A stretch of DNA of 64,000 nucleotides. Origin: an uncultured virus (IMG/VR IMGVR_UViG_3300030107_002792). Lineage: Duplodnaviria; Heunggongvirae; Uroviricota; Caudoviricetes; Kyanoviridae. Under the pieces are notes generated by a model. The model did not search any database. It was not told the origin of the DNA and saw only the letters and a program-made list of their open reading frames with translations. This document shows, one piece after another, positions 57,837 to 64,000 of this stretch. Positions within the stretch are counted from its first letter, which is position 1. The number at the start of each line of letters is the position of its first letter. A program made the translations under genes and the position numbers. The stretch lies in the IMG/VR virus record IMGVR_UViG_3300030107_002792. One strand, given 5' to 3'.

Positions 57837-57979
57837 GCGAAGTTGTCTGGTCGATAAATATTATGTTAGCAATCTTGCTCATTATGGTAGGATATGTGAT
57901 ATACTGGATATTTAAGTACGATGATTGGAATCCTAATCCCATTATTACTGATGACCACACCAGTGAAAGCGGAAGCTGA
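57833..57979 (+). CDS. small single-pass membrane protein (48 aa, TTG start)
   Basis: MSEVVWSINIMLAILLIMVGYVIYWIFKYDDWNPNPIITDDHTSESGS; GGAG RBS; TTGA overlap with the purM stop. Confidence 0.65.
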   Translation: MSEVVWSINIMLAILLIMVGYVIYWIFKYDDWNPNPIITDDHTSESGS

Positions 57980-58223
57980 TCCACAGGTCAATGCCATCTA
58001 TGGACCAGAATTAGAAAGATCTAATTCTATTTTGGACTGGAAACCAGAGGATATGCATAAATTATTTGATGCATTAAGAGAACATCATCGTGCAAAGAAT
58101 AGATCGTCTGTTGATGATATGCTAAATAAAGCTTTACTGGAGTATCAAGATGGGAGCGATGGTTCCACCGAGCAGGAAGAGCTGCTACAACTTTCGAGTG
58201 GTGACGATAGACAAGGTACTTGA
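57921..58223 (+). CDS. hypothetical protein with signal-peptide-like N-terminus
   Basis: 100 aa; MIGILIPLLLMTTPVKA-E; overlaps its neighbours by 59 and 74 nt. Confidence 0.55.
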   Translation: MIGILIPLLLMTTPVKAEADPQVNAIYGPELERSNSILDWKPEDMHKLFDALREHHRAKNRSSVDDMLNKALLEYQDGSDGSTEQEELLQLSSGDDRQGT

Positions 58224-58608
58224 TGGCGATACTATTGACGTTACCATTGATCTTGGGTTTGATCTATACAAGAAAGAAAGAGTTAGAATTGCAGGAGTTG
58301 ATACGCCAGAGAAAAGAACAAGAGATCTTGAGGAGAAGGCACTAGGAATCGATGCAACAAACTGGCTTAAAGAAAAATTGGAGACTACCATTGCTGGCGA
58401 TGATGAGCTCTCTGTTCGTACTGAGCTTGTCGGCGGCGTTGGGAAGTATGGTCGGCTTCTTGGGTGGCTATACGTGGGGGACGCAACAGTGTCACTCAAT
58501 GAACAAATGATAGAGGAAGGTTATGCTTGGTCGTATGATGGTGGCACTAAACAAAAAGACTTTGAAGAGCTACGTGAAATTAGGAGAACGAATGGGACTT
58601 TGGTCTAG
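58150..58608 (+). CDS. staphylococcal nuclease (thermonuclease)-like protein
   Basis: 'VLDGDTIDV', 'RVRIAGVDTPE', 'GKYGRLLG', 'LNEQMIEEGYA' SNase motifs. Confidence 0.88.
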   Translation: MGAMVPPSRKSCYNFRVVTIDKVLDGDTIDVTIDLGFDLYKKERVRIAGVDTPEKRTRDLEEKALGIDATNWLKEKLETTIAGDDELSVRTELVGGVGKYGRLLGWLYVGDATVSLNEQMIEEGYAWSYDGGTKQKDFEELREIRRTNGTLV

Positions 58609-58678
58609 TCTTGATCAAAGAACACTTGATACTAAAGGAATAGTTGTGAATAGATTGATTATTGAATTTAAAAAATGA
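58592..58678 (+). CDS. short ORF coupled to gp17 (28 aa; frame open back to 58523)
   Basis: AGGAG at 58582-58586, ATG 58592, MGLWSSLDQRTLDTKGIVVNRLIIEFKK; stop overlaps the gp17 start (ATGA). Confidence 0.5.
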   Translation: MGLWSSLDQRTLDTKGIVVNRLIIEFKK

Positions 58679-60327
58679 GTAAAACACAAGAGATTTATTT
58701 AGGTAATCCCAATCTAAAGAAGGCAAACGTCACTGTAGACTTTACTAAGAAACAAGTAAATGAATATTTGAAGTGTGCTAAAAATCCTGTGTACTTTATA
58801 AGAAAGTATATCAAGATTGTATCTCTAGATGAGGGTGTCATACCATTTAAAATGTATGACTTCCAAGAAGGGATGGTAGAGAAGTTTCATGAACACAGGT
58901 TCAATATATGTAAACTACCTCGTCAGTCTGGTAAATCTACAATTGTTACGGCATATCTATTGTGGTATGTCTTGTTTAATAGTAATGTAAATGTCGCAAT
59001 CCTCGCAAACAAAGCCCCAACTGCAAGAGAAATGCTGGGCCGCTTACAACTTTCTTACGAGAATCTTCCTAAATGGATGCAACAAGGTATCGTGGGGTGG
59101 AACAAAGGAAGCTTGGAGTTGGAGAACGGAAGTAAGATCCTCGCTTCAAGTACTAGTGCTAGTGCTGTTCGCGGTATGTCCTTTAACATTATATTTCTGG
59201 ACGAATTCGCGTTTGTTCCGAATCATATTGCTGAACAGTTTTTTGCTAGTGTCTATCCTACTATATCTTCTGGTAAATCAACAAAAGTTATTATCATATC
59301 TACACCACATGGGATGAATCAGTTTTATAAACTGTGGCATGATGCGGAAAGAGGATCGAATAACTATGTTGCAACAGAAGTCCATTGGTCTCAAGTACCT
59401 GGTAGAGATGCTAAATGGAAACAACAAACAATTGAAAATACTTCAGAATCACAGTTCAGAGTTGAGTTTGAATGTGAGTTCTTAGGATCAGTTGATACAT
59501 TAATTAGTCCAAGTAAATTGAGGATTATGCCATATGAAGAACCAGTCACACAGAATAGAGGATTGGCGGTCTATGAGCAAGTCCAAGAGGAGCATAACTA
59601 TATTCTTACAGTTGATGTATCTCGTGGCATTGGCGGTGATTATTCAGCATTTTGCGTAATGGATACAACCACGCTTCCATATACGATGGTTGCAAGGTAT
59701 AAGAATAATCAAATTAAACCTATCATCTTACCTAATATAATAGTTGATGTAGCTAAGAATTATAATAATGCTTACATCCTATGTGAAGTAAATGACATTG
59801 GTGGACAGGTAGCAGATATAATTCAATACGATTTAGAGTATGAGAATCTTCTTATGGCAGCAATGCGTGGAAGAGCAGGACAACAATTAGGACAGGGATT
59901 CTCAGGTAAGAAAACCCAGTTGGGTGTAAAGATGAGCACGACTGTCAAACAGGTAGGATGTTCTAACCTTAAAGCATTAATAGAAGATGATAAATTAATC
60001 ATAAAAGATTATGATACTATTTCTGAGTTAACTACTTTTATTCAAAAGGGTCAATCATTCCAAGCAGAAGATGGATGTCATGATGATCTTGCTATGTGTT
60101 TAGTTATTTTTGCGTGGATGGCTATGCAAGAATATTTTAAAGAGATGCATGATAATGATGTACGTCAGAGAATATATGATGATCAGAGAGATTCGATAGA
60201 ACAAGATATGGCTCCCTTTGGATTTGTTAGTGATGGATTGGAAGATGATGTTATTGTAGATGCTCAAGGGGAAAGATGGGAACTCGCGGAATATGGAGAT
60301 ATTCAGCACATGTTAGACTTCAGGTGA
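58675..60327 (+). CDS. gp17: terminase large subunit gp17
   Basis: Walker A 'PRQSGKST', Walker B 'IIFLDEFAF', 'STPHG', nuclease 'VDVSRG' and 'HDDLAM'. Confidence 0.98.
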   Translation: MSKTQEIYLGNPNLKKANVTVDFTKKQVNEYLKCAKNPVYFIRKYIKIVSLDEGVIPFKMYDFQEGMVEKFHEHRFNICKLPRQSGKSTIVTAYLLWYVLFNSNVNVAILANKAPTAREMLGRLQLSYENLPKWMQQGIVGWNKGSLELENGSKILASSTSASAVRGMSFNIIFLDEFAFVPNHIAEQFFASVYPTISSGKSTKVIIISTPHGMNQFYKLWHDAERGSNNYVATEVHWSQVPGRDAKWKQQTIENTSESQFRVEFECEFLGSVDTLISPSKLRIMPYEEPVTQNRGLAVYEQVQEEHNYILTVDVSRGIGGDYSAFCVMDTTTLPYTMVARYKNNQIKPIILPNIIVDVAKNYNNAYILCEVNDIGGQVADIIQYDLEYENLLMAAMRGRAGQQLGQGFSGKKTQLGVKMSTTVKQVGCSNLKALIEDDKLIIKDYDTISELTTFIQKGQSFQAEDGCHDDLAMCLVIFAWMAMQEYFKEMHDNDVRQRIYDDQRDSIEQDMAPFGFVSDGLEDDVIVDAQGERWELAEYGDIQHMLDFR

Positions 60328-60338
60328 CGTTTCAAAAA

Positions 60339-60346
60339 TATAAATA
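60339..60346 (+). promoter_or_regulatory. late promoter TATAAATA
   Basis: Perfect consensus, intergenic, upstream of the AGGAG RBS of gp18. Confidence 0.8.
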
Positions 60347-60390
60347 ATCTTAGACAAAGCGAAAAGCATTTTTTCTAGGAGTATATAAAC

Positions 60391-62640
60391 ATGGCAGCCA
60401 ATCAATCATCGCCAGGTGTAGTAGTACAGGAAAGAGACCTGACAACAGTCTCTACTGTATCATCTGCAAATATAGGCGTTCTTGCAGCACCCTTTGAGTC
60501 AGGTCCAGTTGAAGAGATTGTAGAGATCGCTTCTGAGAGAGCGTTGGCTGAAACATTCGGTGATCCAAATAGTGCAAACTACGAATACTGGTTTACAGCA
60601 TCACAATTTTTAGCATACGGTGGTGTTCTTAAAACCATCCGTGTTAATTCTTCAACTCTTAAGAACGCTGTTGATACTGGAACTGCTCCTCTAATTAAGA
60701 ATTTTCAAGATTACGAAACAACCTACGAACCTGCTAATAACAGTTGGACATGGGCTGCCAAGACTGCTGGAACAAAAGGTAATTCAATAGGAATATTTGT
60801 AACAGACTCTGGTGCTGATCATATTGCTGTTCTTCCAGCTCCTAGTTCAGGTAACGAATGGGAGTATGTTGCTAATGCTGCTCTAACTGCTGCTTCTGGT
60901 GCTTCTGGTAAAGTTTATAAGTATACACTTATCCTTGATATTGATACTATTGTTGGTTCATTTACTCCTGGTGTTGCTACTACAATTAATATTGGTGGTT
61001 CACAAGAAAGTGTAAACGTTCTTGCATACGATGCAACTAATAAGAAATTAGAAGTTGATCTTCCTAGTGGTGGTGTTACTGGTATCATTGCTAATGATCA
61101 AGCAATTACACAGGGAACTAATACTGCTGCTGTTAATACAACAATTGAGCGTCGTCTTTATATCGTTAAAGACAAAGATAGCATCGACTTTGCTGCTAGT
61201 GATGTTCTTGCTGATACAAACTCAAACAACGCTACTGTTTCTTCTATTCGTACTGAGTATGCAGAGCGTGAGTATCTTCCTGGTGTTAAGTGGATTAACG
61301 TTGCTCCCCGTCCAGAAACTTCACAGTTTACAAGTCAAGTAGGTGGACATCGTGACGAACTACACATTCTTGTAGTTGATATTGATGGTAAGATTACTGG
61401 TACAACTGGTGCTTTACTTGAGCGTTACATTGGTCTTTCTAAAGCATCTAATGCTAAGACTTCTGTTGGAGAAACAAACTACTACGTTGATGTTCTGAAG
61501 CAACGTTCACAGTATATCTACTGGGGTGAGCACGAGGGAACTACTTTCGCTGCCACAGCTGTTTCTGCTGATGGTCTTTGGGGAACTACTGCAGACGCAA
61601 GACAGTTTAACTTACTACAGTCTGCTACAGGTACTACTGATTTCCCTGCTGGTGCTACAACTGTTGCTTCTAAGAAGAATGCAACTTACTACTATCGTTT
61701 AGCTGGTGGTGCAGACTACGCAGTTTCTGGTGGACAGTATAGTGTATCAAACACAGATGTTACAGGTGCATATCAACTAGTTGAAGATCCTGAGTCACAA
61801 ACAATTGACTTCCTATTAACTGGTCCTTCTGGAACAGATGATGCAGGTGCAATTGCTAAGATTACTGGTCTAGTTAACATCGCTGAAGAGCGTCGTGACT
61901 GCATGGTATTTGTTTCACCTCGTCGTGCTAACGTTGTTGGTCAAACTAATACAACTACAATCACAACAAATATTGTTGACTTCATGAGGCAACTACCAAG
62001 TTCTTCTTACGTGGTATTTGATTCTGGTTACAAGTATATCTACGACAAGTATAGTGACGTATATCGTTACGTTCCTTGTAACGGTGACATGGCTGGTCTA
62101 TGCTTACAAACTGCTGAAGTTTCTGAAGCATGGTTCTCACCTGCTGGTTTCCAACGTGGTGTTCTAAGAAATGCTATTAAACTAGCATATACACCAACTA
62201 AGACTCAGCGTGATCGTCTATATGCAAATAGAGTTAACCCAATCGTAGCCTTCCCTGGACAGGGTGTGGTACTATTTGGTGATAAAACTGCTCTTGGATT
62301 TGCTAGTGCATTTGACCGCATTAACATTCGTCGCTTATTCCTTGTTGTTGAAAGAGTTATTCAAAGTGCTGCTAAGGCACAACTCTTCGAGCAAAACGAT
62401 GAGTCACAAAGAAGTCTATTCGTTAACATTATCGAACCATATCTCCGTGACGTTCAAGGACGTAGAGGTATTACAGACTTCCTTATTAAGTGTGATAGCA
62501 CAAACAATACACCTGAAGCAGTTGACCGTGGAGAATTCTATGCTGAGATCTTCATCAAGCCAACACGCACAATTAACTACATCACTCTAACCTTCGTTGC
62601 AACCAGAACTGGTGTTGCATTTACTGAGGTTGCGAACTAA
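60391..62640 (+). CDS. gp18: tail sheath protein gp18
   Basis: 'SPGVVVQERDLT', 'WFSPAGFQRG', 'FGDKTAL..SAFDRINIRRLF', 'IKPTRTINYITLTFVATRTG'. Confidence 0.97.
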   Translation: MAANQSSPGVVVQERDLTTVSTVSSANIGVLAAPFESGPVEEIVEIASERALAETFGDPNSANYEYWFTASQFLAYGGVLKTIRVNSSTLKNAVDTGTAPLIKNFQDYETTYEPANNSWTWAAKTAGTKGNSIGIFVTDSGADHIAVLPAPSSGNEWEYVANAALTAASGASGKVYKYTLILDIDTIVGSFTPGVATTINIGGSQESVNVLAYDATNKKLEVDLPSGGVTGIIANDQAITQGTNTAAVNTTIERRLYIVKDKDSIDFAASDVLADTNSNNATVSSIRTEYAEREYLPGVKWINVAPRPETSQFTSQVGGHRDELHILVVDIDGKITGTTGALLERYIGLSKASNAKTSVGETNYYVDVLKQRSQYIYWGEHEGTTFAATAVSADGLWGTTADARQFNLLQSATGTTDFPAGATTVASKKNATYYYRLAGGADYAVSGGQYSVSNTDVTGAYQLVEDPESQTIDFLLTGPSGTDDAGAIAKITGLVNIAEERRDCMVFVSPRRANVVGQTNTTTITTNIVDFMRQLPSSSYVVFDSGYKYIYDKYSDVYRYVPCNGDMAGLCLQTAEVSEAWFSPAGFQRGVLRNAIKLAYTPTKTQRDRLYANRVNPIVAFPGQGVVLFGDKTALGFASAFDRINIRRLFLVVERVIQSAAKAQLFEQNDESQRSLFVNIIEPYLRDVQGRRGITDFLIKCDSTNNTPEAVDRGEFYAEIFIKPTRTINYITLTFVATRTGVAFTEVAN

Positions 62641-62664
62641 ATAGTTCTGAGTTCGAGATGGATC

Positions 62665-62690
62665 AGAGACCCTACGGGGTCTCTTTTTTT
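62665..62690 (+). terminator. intrinsic terminator with cUACGg tetraloop
   Basis: AGAGACCC-TACG-GGGTCTCT running into a T7 tract. Confidence 0.9.
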
Positions 62691-62710
62691 GCGTGAAAAT
62701 ATTAATACTT

Positions 62711-62717
62711 CTAAATA
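62711..62717 (+). promoter_or_regulatory. late promoter motif (CTAAATA) for gp19
   Basis: Downstream of the terminator, upstream of AGGAG and ATG 62746. Confidence 0.7.
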
Positions 62718-62745
62718 ATAAAGTTAGGAGTACTTTTATACAATC

Positions 62746-63324
62746 ATGGCAGAAAGAGGAACAATTGATGCTTTTAAGAGTAATGTCGCCGCAGACTTTG
62801 CTCGTCCTAATCTATTCCAAGTAGATTTAGCATTCCCACAAGAAATACAAGCGGCCGCTGATCTATCAAGACTTGGGAAGTTTACAGTTAGAGCAGCAAA
62901 TTTACCTTCATCACAGTTAGGTGTCATTGAAGTACCATTTAGAGGTAGAACACTTAAGATTGCTGGAGACAGAACCTTTGAACCTTGGACAATCACTGTA
63001 ATGAATGACAGTGCATTTAGAATCCGCACTACATTTGAAAAGTGGGCTTCTTCAATACAAGCATATAATGAGAACTTTACTGCTGCAGCAGGACTAGGAG
63101 ATGATGATGATTCTACTGGTTATTTTGCGGATATGAAAGTTCATCAACTCTCACGTGGAATAAAGACAGGTGATTCACCTAAGATTCTCAAGAGTTATAA
63201 ATTCTTTAACTGCTTCCCAAGTAATATCGCTGCTATCGATCTTGATTTCGGTAACAACGATGCTGTTGAAGAGTTCACTGTGGAGCTACAAGTCCAGTAC
63301 TGGACTCCAATAGCGTCTGACTAA
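62746..63324 (+). CDS. gp19: tail tube protein gp19
   Basis: 'ARPNLFQV', 'VPFRGRTLKIAGDRTFEPWTITVMND', 'EEFTVELQVQYW'. Confidence 0.97.
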   Translation: MAERGTIDAFKSNVAADFARPNLFQVDLAFPQEIQAAADLSRLGKFTVRAANLPSSQLGVIEVPFRGRTLKIAGDRTFEPWTITVMNDSAFRIRTTFEKWASSIQAYNENFTAAAGLGDDDDSTGYFADMKVHQLSRGIKTGDSPKILKSYKFFNCFPSNIAAIDLDFGNNDAVEEFTVELQVQYWTPIASD

Positions 63325-63329
63325 CCCTA

Positions 63330-63336
63330 CTAAATA
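63330..63336 (+). promoter_or_regulatory. late promoter motif (CTAAATA) for gp20
   Basis: Intergenic, 30 nt upstream of ATG 63366. Confidence 0.65.
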
Positions 63337-63365
63337 GAAACAGGACCAATCAGTTTTATAACATA

Positions 63366-64000
63366 ATGGCACAACAGCTCTTCGGATTTTCATTACAAAG
63401 AGCGAAGAAGGTCCCCAAGGGGCCTTCTTTTGTTCAAAAGGATAGTCTAGATGGATCACAACCTATTGTAGGTGGTGGTTACTATGGCTATTCTGTTGAT
63501 TTTGATGGACAGATCCGAAATGAATATGAATTAATCACCCGATATAGGGAGATGGTTTTACAACCAGAATGTGATAGTGCAGTTGATGATGTAGTCAATG
63601 AAACTATATGTGGTAATTTTGATGATGTACCCGTAGCAGTTGAATTATCCAACCTTAAGGTATCATCAAAAGTAAAGACTTTAATTAGAGAAGAGTTTGA
63701 TGAGATTCTTCGTTTACTAGATTTTGACAATAGAAGTTATGAGATCTTCCGTAGATGGTATGTCGATGGAAGACTTTTTTATCATAAAGTTATTGACCCA
63801 GATAAACCTAGAAGTGGTTTGGTAGAACTACGTTATATCGATCCACGTAAGATTCGTAAAGTTACTGAGTATGAATCTAAGAATCCTGAGTTGATGAGAG
63901 GAGTAGATCTTAATACTGCTCTTAGTAGAAAGAGTGCAGATTATTTCTTATACAATCCAAAAGGATTAAAGAACTCCACTAATCAGGGTATGAAAATTGC
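63366..64000 (+). CDS. gp20: portal vertex protein gp20 (5' part, runs off the window)
   Basis: MAQQLFGFSL...ELITRYREMVLQPECDSAVDDVVNE...IFRRWYVDGRLFYHKVID...ELRYIDPRKIRKV; follows gp19. Confidence 0.96.
   Translation, partial: MAQQLFGFSLQRAKKVPKGPSFVQKDSLDGSQPIVGGGYYGYSVDFDGQIRNEYELITRYREMVLQPECDSAVDDVVNETICGNFDDVPVAVELSNLKVSSKVKTLIREEFDEILRLLDFDNRSYEIFRRWYVDGRLFYHKVIDPDKPRSGLVELRYIDPRKIRKVTEYESKNPELMRGVDLNTALSRKSADYFLYNPKGLKNSTNQGMKI

Noticed and set aside
63488..63730. Minus-strand 80-aa ORF
   Set aside because: Antisense to the gp20 portal gene, which the track omitted because it has no stop inside the window.
58675..64000. Intein, intron or homing endonuclease in gp17, gp18 or gp20
   Set aside because: Frames are continuous with expected motif order; no splice-junction (C...HN-C/S/T), LAGLIDADG or HNH motifs were noticed.
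1..64000. tRNA or rRNA genes, IS elements or integrases
   Set aside because: Intergenic gaps are short and show no cloverleaf or rRNA signatures by eye, and no transposase or recombinase motifs were seen; a tRNAscan/Infernal run would be needed to exclude small RNAs formally.

Overview
A 64 kb AT-rich segment of a T4-like cyanophage (Kyanoviridae-type myovirus, probably infecting Prochlorococcus or Synechococcus). All credible genes are on the + strand. The window carries the virion-structure module: small ORFs, a 2OG-Fe(II) oxygenase and a SET-domain ORF, then gp25, gp6, a giant 8214-aa gp7-like baseplate protein, a gp9-like protein, a 1646-aa YHYH/cupredoxin-like protein, gp8, a VrlC/DUF4815-like protein, a 2604-aa tail-fibre-like protein, gp13-gp16, an accessory interval (purM, an SNase-type nuclease, small ORFs), gp17, gp18, gp19 and the 5' part of gp20. 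T4-type late promoter motifs ((T/A/C)TAAATA) and two terminator-like hairpins punctuate it. The most striking observation is inside the giant ORF (nt 17420-24085). There, 21 copies of a ~105-aa His/Cys/YPR module are not tandem but nested inside one another. By my manual parse they open and close in balanced last-in-first-out order, up to 8 levels deep, which predicts a branched tree-like protein. A second, independent 6-deep nested series lies at the C-terminus of the tail fibre, and domain-into-domain insertion recurs across the structural genes. Family assignments come from motif recognition and gene order, not from database searches.
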